DNA of 64,000 nucleotides, from positions 1,472,001 to 1,536,000 of the forward strand of contig OY970194.1 in NCBI GenBank assembly GCA_963708075.1, given 5' to 3'. Every line of letters starts with the position of its first letter. Position 1 is the first letter of the stretch. Source of the DNA: Sedimentisphaerales bacterium (GTDB lineage: Bacteria > Planctomycetota > Phycisphaerae > Sedimentisphaerales > Anaerobacaceae). The position numbers were made by a program, and so were the translations under genes. Positions 29,596 to 39,972 of this stretch are shown one piece after another. Under the pieces are notes generated by a model that saw nothing but the letters and a program-made list of their open reading frames with translations, made no database searches and was not told the DNA's origin.

Positions 29596-31644
29596 TCAAC
29601 GCAGGATGGCTTTGCGGATGCTGAAGCAGTCGTTGCCGGAGAAGAGGAGGTGGCAGGTTCGGCCGTCTTCGCTCATCCATTTTGCCGGAAAGGTGCTCGT
29701 TTCGCCGGGGCCGGTGTCCCAGGTCTCGGTGTAGAATACGGTGCGCCAAGGGCTCCAAGGTTCAGGGGCCTCGTAGATCCCGAAGCCGCCCTGGTATCGC
29801 GGGCCACGCTCATCCGTGCTTTGCGGGAGGATTTGGCACCAGAGGTAACGCTTCAGGCCGGCATTGTAGGTGATGCCGGAGCGGTAACATCGGCCGGGGT
29901 TGACGAACACGGCGCCGCGATCCTGGATACTGCCGGTCCATAGAGGCCGGCCTTCGGTGTCGAGGCCCTTGAAGAACTCCCGGGCCCCCCGCTCGCGAAT
30001 TCTGTCCTTCGGCACGCGGGCCAGAACCATTCGGTCGGCAGGCGTGTAGGCGCTGTCACTGTCGTGCGAGTAGATGTACACGTAGTTGTCCCTCGCACCA
30101 TCGTAATTCCTGCCGAAATTCAGGAACGTCGGGGCGCCGAAGCTGGTCTCAAATCTCCAATCGCACCAGCTCCAGCTCGCGCCGTGGTCATCCGACCAGG
30201 CGAGTTGAGAATTACCGACATTCCGCACCAGCATATAGAGGATACCATTCACGCAGAGCATGCCGCTGGCTTTGGGCCCGGCCTTGTCGTCGCCAACCTC
30301 CTCGGCGGTCTTGCTGCGAATGTTGATACCCTCGAAGCTCTCCGGCCCGCCGACAATCCTGGCGAGGCCCAGGCTGAGCTTCTTATCTGACTTCGGCTCA
30401 AAGCCCCAGCCGTCACCGTAGGCGGTGTACTGGTTGTCGTCATCGGCCCAGGTGATCGGCCAGTTGTCGCTGCCCTCCGCTTTGCGAATGATCGTATCGA
30501 CCAGGGTCCACTCAATGCCCTTGATGGCCTCACTTGGCGGGTACGGGGCGCCGGGCCATGTGTCACGGTCCTTCACCGATTGTGCGATGGGCGAGAGAAA
30601 CGGCTCGATGGGCCCATAATGGGGATTTCGCTTCTCGCTCATCGACTTGCCTGCGCGCGAGGCGACGATATCCAAAGAAGGGATGACCACAATCAGACTG
30701 TCGTACAGGCCCCACGACCAATAGGCGTCGCGCGGGACGTTCTTCATTGTGCCGTCGGCGTTGTTCCACCAAAGCAGGCCGTAATGGTCGGAGGCATTGC
30801 CGTAATCCTCCGACTTGACCACGGGCAGGCCCCGCACGCCATATGGCACGGCGCGCACGGCATCGACGAACCAGGACGGGAGAATCTGCTTGTCTGCCCA
30901 GCGGCCCTGACGCAGGTACAGGTAGCCGATCCGGGCCATCGCATCGACATTGGCGCTGATGCCGGAGCCGAACTCCCGGCGAGGAATGCCGCTGATCTCT
31001 TTGGGCCGGTAGGAATTTGGCCGCCACTTGAGGTCCTCGCGGCCGATTCCAATCGGCGAGAAGACCCGCTCGAACATCAACTCCTGCAAGTCCCGGCCGT
31101 ACGCCAGCGTGACGCACTCCGCCAGCCAGTTCGGGCCGCCGTCGCTGTACGACCACTTCGTGCCGGGCTCGAAGAGCAGCTCCGTGTAGCCGCCGGCCTT
31201 GTCGAAGCCGGCCGTCTGCGTCGCCAGGTGGAACAGCGTGATCTTCCCCAGCCGGCCCTTGTCCTTGTTCGCCGGTGGCAAGACACCGAACTCCAAATGG
31301 TATTTGGCCGCAGGCTCGTGGAGACCCGCGAATTTGCCGTCAGCCAGGGCCAGTCCGACAGCGGTGACACCAATCGCCTTCGTTGAGGATTTGAGATCGT
31401 AGGTCCGCGCCGGGTCGCCCCACTGCATCACAACCTTGCCATGGCGAACGACCATGCCGGAGCCTTCTCCGCCCAAGGCATAATCCCGTGCCTGCACGAG
31501 CATCACCGCATCCATGGCGACCTGTCCGGGCGTCGTCGTTTGCCACTGCTCGCCGGGATATGTGAGTGCCCTCTCGCCCTGCCCCGCCACGATCCCGCAG
31601 ATTGCAGCGACAGCGAGAAGTCCGAGTTCTGCCCTGCCCCACAT
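29596..31644 (-). CDS. Exported serine hydrolase (beta-lactamase-like) fused to a DUF4185-like domain
   Basis: KSSTK (SxxK), FEPGTKWSYSD, YGLLWW; C-terminal GSDNWPITWADD...YGDGWGF with Asp-box-like WSDDHGASW. Confidence 0.8.
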   Translation of the reverse strand: MWGRAELGLLAVAAICGIVAGQGERALTYPGEQWQTTTPGQVAMDAVMLVQARDYALGGEGSGMVVRHGKVVMQWGDPARTYDLKSSTKAIGVTAVGLALADGKFAGLHEPAAKYHLEFGVLPPANKDKGRLGKITLFHLATQTAGFDKAGGYTELLFEPGTKWSYSDGGPNWLAECVTLAYGRDLQELMFERVFSPIGIGREDLKWRPNSYRPKEISGIPRREFGSGISANVDAMARIGYLYLRQGRWADKQILPSWFVDAVRAVPYGVRGLPVVKSEDYGNASDHYGLLWWNNADGTMKNVPRDAYWSWGLYDSLIVVIPSLDIVASRAGKSMSEKRNPHYGPIEPFLSPIAQSVKDRDTWPGAPYPPSEAIKGIEWTLVDTIIRKAEGSDNWPITWADDDNQYTAYGDGWGFEPKSDKKLSLGLARIVGGPESFEGINIRSKTAEEVGDDKAGPKASGMLCVNGILYMLVRNVGNSQLAWSDDHGASWSWCDWRFETSFGAPTFLNFGRNYDGARDNYVYIYSHDSDSAYTPADRMVLARVPKDRIRERGAREFFKGLDTEGRPLWTGSIQDRGAVFVNPGRCYRSGITYNAGLKRYLWCQILPQSTDERGPRYQGGFGIYEAPEPWSPWRTVFYTETWDTGPGETSTFPAKWMSEDGRTCHLLFSGNDCFSIRKAILR

Positions 31645-31781
31645 GCTTTTCTCCACCATGGTGCACCCCGAAAAAGCAAACATGCCGAAATTTCTTTCGG
31701 CATGTCGATCCTTGAATACGGAAATGCAGAAGGGCCGAGTCCGTGAGGACCGGTCCGGCAAGCCAGGCGGAACTACCCGGC

Positions 31782-32078
31782 CTACTTGCCGCCGCCAGCT
31801 TTGGCACCGGCTGCCTTGGCGCCGGTCGCCGCCGCGGGAGCGGCAGGAGCCGCCGGAGCGCCCGGAGCTGCTGCTCCAGGGGCTGCCTCGGCCGCCTCAG
31901 CTTTAGCCTTCTTGCCGGCCGCGCTCTTACGATGGGCTACTTTCGGCAGGTGCAGCGCGGAGGTCTCGTCCGTCCAGCGTTCCTCCTCTTTGAGAACGTC
32001 AATTCTCTCGGCCCGCGTCAGGACATTGCGGTGCCGCACCAATGCATCTTTGAGTCTAAGTGAACGGTCAATTGACAT
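31782..32078 (-). CDS. PVC-superphylum signature small basic protein with Ala/Pro-rich tail
   Basis: MSIDRSL...RHRNVLTRAERI...LPKV matches the Chlamydiae/Verrucomicrobia/Planctomycetes small basic protein. Confidence 0.9.
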   Translation of the reverse strand: MSIDRSLRLKDALVRHRNVLTRAERIDVLKEEERWTDETSALHLPKVAHRKSAAGKKAKAEAAEAAPGAAAPGAPAAPAAPAAATGAKAAGAKAGGGK

Positions 32079-32090
32079 CGAATCTTCTCC

Positions 32091-33020
32091 TTATCGAACT
32101 TTCATGCCATAGGCATCGCTGAAATACTTCGGTGCAAACGATTCCGAGCCCGGCGGGGCCTTATACCCGCGGCCGAGCTCCTTTATTTTCTGCTTCGCCG
32201 CATAACCATCCGTACCCGGATTCTCGGGATTCTCATAGTAAGGGGCGACAAGCATGAAGCCGCCTCTGTTGCCCAGCACGCTCGTGTTGATGCCTTGCTG
32301 GGCAAGATAATTCCGCAACTTATCTACGGCGAGGATCTCCGTGTTGATACCATTCTGTCTGAAGTACTCCTTCACCGGCACCAGGTCCCTCTGCTCGGGG
32401 TACTGGGCCAACACAATCACATGGTCGCCTTCCTCGACAGGCGCCACAGTCGTCGCGCCACCGGTATCCGGGGCCGCTGTTTCCCTTACCGGTGCAGGCG
32501 CAGGAGTCTCCGCTCTGGCGGGACTCGGCTCCACCTTCGGAGCAGGCGCCTTGGCCTTGCCGGAGACGCTGCTATTGACTGCCGGCAGGCGGTACCGGTG
32601 CTGCATCTGCCCAAGCCGAAAGGCGCCGAGCATGAGCAGGACGCTAACCAGCAGGACCGTAACGCCAATCGTATAGGGCAGCGAGATTTCGACCCGCCCG
32701 TCATGGACCTGCACAGCCTTCGGTCGCAGCCGCGGCTGTACCGGGCGAGGCTGCAGCTCAGGACGCTCCACCGGACGGACCGGCTTGACTATCGGCTCAG
32801 GCAGCTTCTCGGCCACCGGCTTTTCCACCGGCGGCCTCAGCGGCTCCACTTGCAGCTTGACCGGCTCTACCTGCAGCTTCGGCTCTTCCATCACCGGGGG
32901 CTGGGCCTCCTGCCCGCCGTTGCCGGGATGCAATCGCTCTAAGATCCCACGCCGCCGATACTTAGCTTGCGTCTTGGCAATCGCTTCGTACAACGCCTTT
33001 TGTCCGGTATAGCGTTTCAT
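32091..33020 (-). CDS. Bitopic membrane protein with Pro-rich linkers and a possible SPOR-like C-terminal domain
   Basis: Pro/Glu/Lys-rich N-region, single TM (IGVTVLLVSVLLMLGAF), Pro/Ala linker, beta-alpha-beta C-domain. Confidence 0.65.
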   Translation of the reverse strand: MKRYTGQKALYEAIAKTQAKYRRRGILERLHPGNGGQEAQPPVMEEPKLQVEPVKLQVEPLRPPVEKPVAEKLPEPIVKPVRPVERPELQPRPVQPRLRPKAVQVHDGRVEISLPYTIGVTVLLVSVLLMLGAFRLGQMQHRYRLPAVNSSVSGKAKAPAPKVEPSPARAETPAPAPVRETAAPDTGGATTVAPVEEGDHVIVLAQYPEQRDLVPVKEYFRQNGINTEILAVDKLRNYLAQQGINTSVLGNRGGFMLVAPYYENPENPGTDGYAAKQKIKELGRGYKAPPGSESFAPKYFSDAYGMKVR

Positions 33021-33297
33021 AAACAGCAAGCTCCGTTCCAACCAGAGTCCTTGAACCAGCCCGGCGGCGAGCACTTCCGCCCCGGACGGCCCGTAACCGT
33101 ATCCTTATACCGGATTCCCCCCGCCCTTGCAAGGCAAAATTCATGGTGCTTAGTGTTAAACGGTACAAGGCAATAGGGGCAACCAATGGGGGTGGCAGCG
33201 GCAAGCGGAGCCTGCGGAGCTTGCCGATGGTGGTTCGTAGCGTGCCAGAGCCATCGGCAAGCGTGCGTACGCGTATAGCACCGGCAGATTTGACTGC

Positions 33298-33388
33298 GGG
33301 TGGCACGGGCAAACTTGTTGCCCGTGGGCTTTCGAATGGTCAAGCCCGGTCAAATGAGCACCGTTAAACGAGTTTGGCGGTGCCACCC
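33298..33388. repeat. REP-like doublet (GGGTGGCAC family); partial copy at 40082-40098
   Basis: GGGTGGCACGGGCAAACTTGTTGCCCGTG ... GGTGCCACCC; first 17 bp identical at 40082. Confidence 0.7.
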
Positions 33389-33540
33389 GGCCTGCGAGGA
33401 ATCCTACGCGAGACATGTACTGCGCTTGCTGCTGCCACCCGGATTTCGAGCGTATGAAGCCCGCTCCGCCGCAGGGTACAGTCGCGCCCCGCTACGATTG
33501 CCCCGCGATTCTCTTCTGGATCGACGAGAACTACCCGGGG

Positions 33541-36500
33541 CTACGGGTCTTCGGAGAACAGCGATCTCCAGTCGCCGAGCTCGTATTCGAACGTGTAGGA
33601 GCCCGGCCCGGCGTAGTCGAACAGGTGCAGGAGGCTCTCCTCATAGGGTTGCCAGGGCGGCTCACGTACGGTGCGGCGAGTGGTCCACGCGTTCGGGCCG
33701 ACCGGGATGGCGACGCCGTCGGATCGGGTCACCGCCACAAGCTTGAGCTTGCCCTCCGTCGGGTCCGGATAGCGAACGTAGAAAGGCCCGTCGGGCACGC
33801 CGACAACGGCCAATCTGATCTGGACATGGTCTCTGATTCTGGTCAGCTCATGGACCATGCGTACGAGCCCGGTCACCGGCTCCGGCCACACGGAACCATC
33901 GCTGAGGTAGACGGTGTCCGGAAGGCCATAGGTGTTGCGGCCCTCGTACGTAAGGAAGTCGCATGCACCGTCGTCGCCGAACCAGGTAGCCCGGACGGCG
34001 TGCTCCAACTCGTGGACGCTGACATTGCCCGCATCGAGCGGATACCTGCCGCCCAGCCCATCCATCTGGACGACCTCGACGTTCCAGCTCTCGAGCCTGC
34101 CCTCGAAAGACGACTGCATCACCCAGTGGATCACCTTCAGCTCATTGACTTCCATATCGCCAATTTTGATCTGGAGTGATGGACTCACGTCATTCGGTCC
34201 GATGCTTACGGCGACGACGTTGGGATCAGGCAGACGCTGGTTTGCGTGGTCGACGATCTTGGGCGGCGATGCAACGATCCAGACATCCTTCGCCGTGGCG
34301 TAGCCCTGATTGCGCACGATCAGACCCAGCGAGAAGGGTTTCGCCGGCTCCACCTCTTTCGTGAACGGGTCGTCGCCGTGAATCTGCCGCTCCAGGAAAT
34401 ATCTGGCCTCCACCTTCAGCGGCGGCAGATCGCTGTAATCGAGGACATAGGCGGCCGGCCCGCCGAAATCGAACAGATGCAGCAGGCTGCCTTCGTACGG
34501 CGGCTTGTCTTGTGCCGGAACGAATTGCCGAGTCGTCCACACATTCTCGCCGACGGGGATTGCGACGCCATCGGAGCGGGTCATGCCCTTCAAAGTCGAA
34601 ATGGACAGAGACGTGTCAGGGAACTGGACGTAGAAATAGCCTGCGGGAGCGCCGGGGATCGTCAGGTAGACGTGGTTTCCCAGGACCGCGATCCTGGAGA
34701 GCGTGTGCGGGATCGCCGTGACGGGATGGACGGAGCCATCGCTCAGATGCAGGGCGTCCGGCAAATGGGTGCTCGGTGAGTTCGTCAGAAAGTCCGGGAT
34801 TCCATCATCATTGGGGAGGACGGCCCGAACCACGTGCGACAATTCATGGATGGGCGTCTCACCCACCATAGCGAGCCGCTTGTCGCCAAGTGCATCGGCG
34901 TACATGAAGCCGGCCCTGTAATCGTCGAACCAGCCTCGCAGGGATGACTGCATGAGCCAATGAACCACCGTGTTGGCCTCGGGCCGGATGTCTCCCAGCC
35001 TGGCATTGAGCACTGGAGGAATCGCGTCACGTCCAACACGCGTGCCGACGATCTTGAAGTCGATTGGCCGCGCCTCGCCATCCTCGACAATCCTCGGCTG
35101 CGATGTGACGACCTGCACGTCGCTGGCAGCGCCGCAGCCGTGATTGGTCACCATCATGCCGAGCGAGAAAGGCTCGGCCGACTCGATGGCATCCGTGAGC
35201 GGGTCGTCGCCGGAAACATCACGTTCCAGGAAATACTTGACCGCCAGTTGCGGGTTCGGCAGCACGGTGATCGAGGCCGGGTACAGGACCGTGGTGAACG
35301 CCTCGCCATCGACCAGATAGGACAGCTCGCCGCTGACATCATAATGCTGCGGTTCCGCACACGCGGCGTTTATCGCGGGAGCAATGAGCCACTGGGCGGC
35401 CAGCGACCGGCCCGCCGGCAGAGCCCCGGCCCCGCTGATATCCTCGATCCCAGTCACCTGCGGCGCTTGGATGTCGAACAGGAACTCGCTGCGAGTACCG
35501 TCCTCATCGCGGATCGCCAAGGCGATTTTCATTTTCTCGAGAGGAATCGTGCTGCTGTTGTCCAGTTCGAGAGTGGCCGCAAACGGGTCGTCCGCGAGCA
35601 TGGTATTCCGGTCGATCCGGATCCGGACACGCGCTTCACACGCAGGACATCGAAGGGCCTGGTCCACCAAACCATTATCCTCCGCGGCGGCAGCCGCCGG
35701 GCCGGTGCCAACGATACCGTCGCCACGAGGCGGCTCGTAGCGGACCCCGGCCTTGGCGAAGAACGGAGTCGTGTACGGGAGATCGTCGTCGCCGCATCGG
35801 AGGCTGTAGGACAATACGTGCGTGCCGACCTCGCACTGGTTGGGGTCGCCGCACGGTCCGGATGCGCCGGCGGACAGGCTGGTGTTGTGAATGCGCACCG
35901 GCACCTCGACGGACGCCTTAGTGGGCAGGTCGATCGTATCGACGAGAGGAATGAACTCGAATCCGGCAACGTCCTCGAAGGTCAGTTTGACGTCTTGCGC
36001 GTCAAGGAGACCATCGTTCCTGAAAGTGTATTTGACGTCGGTGTCTCCTGCCGTCAAGTCACACAGGTTAAGCAGCAGCGGTTCCACAGTCACTACAGGC
36101 ACCGGGGCGTTTATCACAGAATCCGCTTCGACCTGGAAATCGTAACGACCCTCGGTCTGACCCGACAGGACCGTCCACTGGTAGGTGACCAGTCGCCGCG
36201 GGAGAAACGCCGTCAGTTGAGCCCGGCTCCCGGCGGCAATCCGCAGCATTGTTCGGGACGTCCCATGGCCGTCGGCATCCACCTCGACATTGTAGTGTGC
36301 ATCCGGCAGATCGGAGAACTCCGCCACGCCGCTGTCGTTTGCATCGGACGAGCCAACGATTTGGCCGGTCTGCGCGTCAACGACTTTGACATGGGCCCCT
36401 GCCGGCTTCGGCTCGCCTGGAGCGTAGAATGTGAGTTCATCCACGGCCGTGACAGTGAGACTGCCGACGGCGGCGGATACACAGTCAAAGTGAAACGGCA

Positions 36501-38583
36501 CTGTCACTTCGGCCTGGCCGTCGCCCACGACAAGACTGCCGTCGTAGAGGGCCAGGGACATTGCCGCCTCCGGCCTCAAGTGCAGCGTCACGGTGGCGCT
36601 TTCGTTCGGCTCCAGAGGCTCGATGTCCTCAGGCGTCACGAGCGACATCCACGCGGCGGTATCCGCTGGAAGGCAGACCGTCAGGGCATCGGTCGATGAG
36701 CCGCCGAGGTTCACCACCTCGAAGTCCACGAGGGTCTGATCGCCCCGCACCATGCCAGCCGTAATCTCACGCGGGTACGTCTGCAGGACGGCCGCAATCG
36801 GGACTATCTCCGCGTGCACGTGCAATGTCGCCACTGGCGTCTGTCCACGTGAAATGACTACATCGAACTGGGCATCCTGAACCGACGCGTCGATAGCCTT
36901 AACCGAGTACTTCAATGGTGCGGAGGCCTTCGGGCCGAGAGTGTTTGGGCAATTCGGCTCGATGACAAGATTGGTGGGCGCGTTCTCCACGCGTGCTGAG
37001 AGCCCGGAAAGCTCGACATCCCCGAGATTCCGAACCGTGACGCTTCTTTCAATGCGCTGCCCTGCCAGTACCCGGTGGTCCACTGCATTGGGCTCGATAT
37101 CCGCTCCGAACAGCAAGAACTCATCTTCGGACGGCTCATCCGCAACGTTCGGACGATCCGCGGAAACGAAGTACCGCCCCGCCTCTGTCCCGAACGGCTG
37201 CCAAACGGTCTTGAAGTGGCCTGATGCGTCCGTCGCTACTGCCGGCAGCTTCCGTCGTATCCCCTGGGTGGTGACATGGACGACAACGTCCACGTCAGCG
37301 GCGGGTGTGTCATCCACCCAGATCGCCTGTCCGGCGAAGGTTACGGGAGTCCCTGCGGGAGCTGCCTCCAGGTCCGTTTGCACCGTGGCGGAATAACCCG
37401 TCTCCGGTGACATCACGACGACAGTGATTTTCGCTTCGGCTGTCGCGCCGGAGGCATCCGTGCCCGAGAGAGTAACCGTGTATTTCCCTTCGGAAAGTGA
37501 CTTTTGAAGGATTTCGCCCGCGCCCCATCCTGCGTCAACATCGGGCTGGCCGTCGCTTTGCCTGCTGAAAGTCCATGTGTAAGTGAACGGCGGCAGGCCG
37601 TACGCGTGTGCAGCCTCAAATCGAATCATCTTACCTGCGACATGCTTGGCCTCTGTCGCGGGTGATGTGATGCTTACTGCGAAGGTTCCGTTGACAAGGA
37701 TCGTTCCATCAGCACCTCGATGTTCATCCGTGCCGTTGCCGTCCCCACCTCCCGACACCGAGAGGGTTCCACTGAATGTGGAGCTTGCGAAGTAGAGGGC
37801 GATTCTTCCGCCTCCCCCACCGCCCGCTCCCGCAACTGCAGGATTCCGATTCCGGCCGCTGTTGCCGCCGTTGGCGACAATGGCACCCGCGCCGGAAAGT
37901 CTGCCTGCTTCGAGGTAAATGGAACCGCCCGCCCCCCCTCCACCGGAACAAGTGGCCCACTCCGTCGCTTTGTTATCCGCCCATCCGGCGTAGGTACCTC
38001 CATCCATCCCGCTGGCAGTGATTCGCCCATCCAGACGGAATTCTCCCTCGGCAATGATCCGAATAAAGCCTCCGCCGTAGGCTCCGGGGGCAGAAATGTT
38101 CTTGTAAACGCCGGTCCCTCCGCAACTGCCGGGCCACAATGGGGCAGCGATACTGTCATATGTCTCCCCACCGATGGTACCTGCATCTCCGGCTCCGCCT
38201 TTGCCGCCGTGCCCCCCTCCGGCCGCATTCTTGCCATTGCCGCCCACACCCTTGCCGTCTCCTATGATGGCGCCGATCCCATCGAAATCGATGGATGCGC
38301 CGGCCTCGATGGTCACATTGCCCAGGACTCGGAGAAACGCGCCGCTTTCCTCGGAGCAGGTTAGCATTCCCCCGTTCGTGATGGTAAGACTGCTGAAAAC
38401 GTGTGCTCCGTTTATGATGACCGTGCAGCCACTTATGGTGATGTCGTCCCTGTCGTACCTGCCGTCGCCGGTCTTGATCGTCGTGTCCTTGGTCAACTCT
38501 GTCGCCCCGCACACCGCGGAACACGAACACAGTAAGGACAGAAGGAATGCCCGGGACATATCAAGGACCCACTTGCCTCTCAT
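33541..38583 (-). CDS. Large secreted protein (1680 aa): Gly-rich N-domain, PKD/Ig-like domains, duplicated C-terminal module
   Basis: Signal peptide; GGGGAGGSIYL / GGGGGGRIALY repeats; TYTWTF..GKYTVTL; two YFLER..GDDP..PFSLG modules. Confidence 0.85.
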   Translation of the reverse strand: MRGKWVLDMSRAFLLSLLCSCSAVCGATELTKDTTIKTGDGRYDRDDITISGCTVIINGAHVFSSLTITNGGMLTCSEESGAFLRVLGNVTIEAGASIDFDGIGAIIGDGKGVGGNGKNAAGGGHGGKGGAGDAGTIGGETYDSIAAPLWPGSCGGTGVYKNISAPGAYGGGFIRIIAEGEFRLDGRITASGMDGGTYAGWADNKATEWATCSGGGGAGGSIYLEAGRLSGAGAIVANGGNSGRNRNPAVAGAGGGGGGRIALYFASSTFSGTLSVSGGGDGNGTDEHRGADGTILVNGTFAVSITSPATEAKHVAGKMIRFEAAHAYGLPPFTYTWTFSRQSDGQPDVDAGWGAGEILQKSLSEGKYTVTLSGTDASGATAEAKITVVVMSPETGYSATVQTDLEAAPAGTPVTFAGQAIWVDDTPAADVDVVVHVTTQGIRRKLPAVATDASGHFKTVWQPFGTEAGRYFVSADRPNVADEPSEDEFLLFGADIEPNAVDHRVLAGQRIERSVTVRNLGDVELSGLSARVENAPTNLVIEPNCPNTLGPKASAPLKYSVKAIDASVQDAQFDVVISRGQTPVATLHVHAEIVPIAAVLQTYPREITAGMVRGDQTLVDFEVVNLGGSSTDALTVCLPADTAAWMSLVTPEDIEPLEPNESATVTLHLRPEAAMSLALYDGSLVVGDGQAEVTVPFHFDCVSAAVGSLTVTAVDELTFYAPGEPKPAGAHVKVVDAQTGQIVGSSDANDSGVAEFSDLPDAHYNVEVDADGHGTSRTMLRIAAGSRAQLTAFLPRRLVTYQWTVLSGQTEGRYDFQVEADSVINAPVPVVTVEPLLLNLCDLTAGDTDVKYTFRNDGLLDAQDVKLTFEDVAGFEFIPLVDTIDLPTKASVEVPVRIHNTSLSAGASGPCGDPNQCEVGTHVLSYSLRCGDDDLPYTTPFFAKAGVRYEPPRGDGIVGTGPAAAAAEDNGLVDQALRCPACEARVRIRIDRNTMLADDPFAATLELDNSSTIPLEKMKIALAIRDEDGTRSEFLFDIQAPQVTGIEDISGAGALPAGRSLAAQWLIAPAINAACAEPQHYDVSGELSYLVDGEAFTTVLYPASITVLPNPQLAVKYFLERDVSGDDPLTDAIESAEPFSLGMMVTNHGCGAASDVQVVTSQPRIVEDGEARPIDFKIVGTRVGRDAIPPVLNARLGDIRPEANTVVHWLMQSSLRGWFDDYRAGFMYADALGDKRLAMVGETPIHELSHVVRAVLPNDDGIPDFLTNSPSTHLPDALHLSDGSVHPVTAIPHTLSRIAVLGNHVYLTIPGAPAGYFYVQFPDTSLSISTLKGMTRSDGVAIPVGENVWTTRQFVPAQDKPPYEGSLLHLFDFGGPAAYVLDYSDLPPLKVEARYFLERQIHGDDPFTKEVEPAKPFSLGLIVRNQGYATAKDVWIVASPPKIVDHANQRLPDPNVVAVSIGPNDVSPSLQIKIGDMEVNELKVIHWVMQSSFEGRLESWNVEVVQMDGLGGRYPLDAGNVSVHELEHAVRATWFGDDGACDFLTYEGRNTYGLPDTVYLSDGSVWPEPVTGLVRMVHELTRIRDHVQIRLAVVGVPDGPFYVRYPDPTEGKLKLVAVTRSDGVAIPVGPNAWTTRRTVREPPWQPYEESLLHLFDYAGPGSYTFEYELGDWRSLFSEDP

Positions 38584-38826
38584 TTTTCTCCTCTCGTAGA
38601 GAGCGATGCATCACCGTTCATCGCCTGCAAGGCGAACCTGAAATACTCCCGGCGGGCGGCTCGCATACACCATCAAAGATAGCAGGACCTGTCGCGTTTG
38701 TCAATTGCGGGAACTACGTAATTTTGAGGCAGGGGACCGCTTTTCTGACCCGAGTGCGGCATAGAAGAGCCATGCGCGATACAGGTCGCGACATCAAGCG
38801 CGGGCGATGGCACGCCGCTCGCTTGA

Positions 38827-39972
38827 TCACAAGGCCTGGAGCTGGATTTCGATCTTGATCCTGCCTTCGTCGAGGCGCTGGATGTCCAGTTCAAGAGTGT
38901 CGCCGACATCGTGGCTGTCGAGGATCTTGAAGAGGTCGCCCGTGCCTTTCACCTGCTTTCCGTCGATGCCGACGATGATGTCGCCGGGGACGATCTGGCC
39001 GTCTTCATCACGCGTCGTGGGGCGCAGTCCGGCCCTTTCGGCGGCGCTGCCTTCCATCACGGAAAGAACCAGGACGCCTTCCAGGCCGAGCCGCTTGGCG
39101 ACTTGATCCTGCGCGATGCTGATCCCGAAGCCAGGCTTGGTGGCGGCGCCGGTGCGGATGATCTGCGGGACGACGCGGTTGATAGCGTCGATGGGGACGG
39201 CGAAGCCGATGCCGGCATAGGCCCCGGAAGGGCTCAGGATGGCGGCGTTGACGCCGATGACGCGACCGGCGCTGTCGAGCAGCGGGCCGCCGGAGTTGCC
39301 CGGGTTGATGGCCGCGTCGGTTTGAATGACGCCCTGGATCGGCCGTCTCGTGGCGGCCATGATCTCCCGGCCCAGGCCGCTGATGATGCCCGTCGTCAGC
39401 GTCTGGTCGAACCCGAATGGATTCCCGATGGCGTACACTTTCTGGCCCACTTCGAGCTTCTCCGATGTCCCGAGCGGAATCGGCGGCAGGAGACTCTGCG
39501 GCGCGTCGATTTTCAGAACGGCGATATCCTTGTCCGGCTCGGTCCCGACGAGCAACCCGGTCCGCACGGACCCGTCCGAGAGAGTGACACGTGCCCGCTG
39601 CGCGTTCATCATCACGTGGTAGTTCGTGACGATGTAGCCGTTATTATCCCAGATGAAGCCGGAGCCGGCGCCCTGGGGGATCTCCAGTGCCCGGAAGTTG
39701 AAGAAGTCCGTTTGCTGTACGAGGCTGGTGATGAACACGACCGACGGAGAGACGGTCTTGAATAGCGAGATTGTGCTTTGCTCGTCCGCCGCCAGCTCGC
39801 CGCGAGCCGTAATGGCGCGGGGCTCAGCCCGCTCGTTATACAGGTCGTGGAGCCAGTCCTTCGCTTCGGAGAAAAGGAGCAAGCCAACCAGAAGCAGCAG
39901 GATAATCACGAGCCAGTTGTGCGGCTGGCCTTGCCCCGGGTACATGCGTCTCTCTTTCAGTTCCATAGCCAT
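38827..39972 (-). CDS. HtrA/Deg-type serine protease with one PDZ domain
   Basis: GSGFIWD, VTNYHV, DIAVLKI, IQTDAAINPGNSGGPL; PDZ. Confidence 0.95.
   Translation of the reverse strand: MAMELKERRMYPGQGQPHNWLVIILLLLVGLLLFSEAKDWLHDLYNERAEPRAITARGELAADEQSTISLFKTVSPSVVFITSLVQQTDFFNFRALEIPQGAGSGFIWDNNGYIVTNYHVMMNAQRARVTLSDGSVRTGLLVGTEPDKDIAVLKIDAPQSLLPPIPLGTSEKLEVGQKVYAIGNPFGFDQTLTTGIISGLGREIMAATRRPIQGVIQTDAAINPGNSGGPLLDSAGRVIGVNAAILSPSGAYAGIGFAVPIDAINRVVPQIIRTGAATKPGFGISIAQDQVAKRLGLEGVLVLSVMEGSAAERAGLRPTTRDEDGQIVPGDIIVGIDGKQVKGTGDLFKILDSHDVGDTLELDIQRLDEGRIKIEIQLQAL

Noticed and set aside
33030..33120. 6S or other ncRNA upstream of the SPOR-like gene
   Set aside because: Only a short GC hairpin and a GGTTCAAGG resemblance; no full structure could be supported.
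38808..38823. Sigma54 promoter-like TGGCACGCCGCTCGCT
   Set aside because: It points into the 3' end of the oppositely oriented htrA gene with no downstream sense gene, and the -12 box is imperfect.
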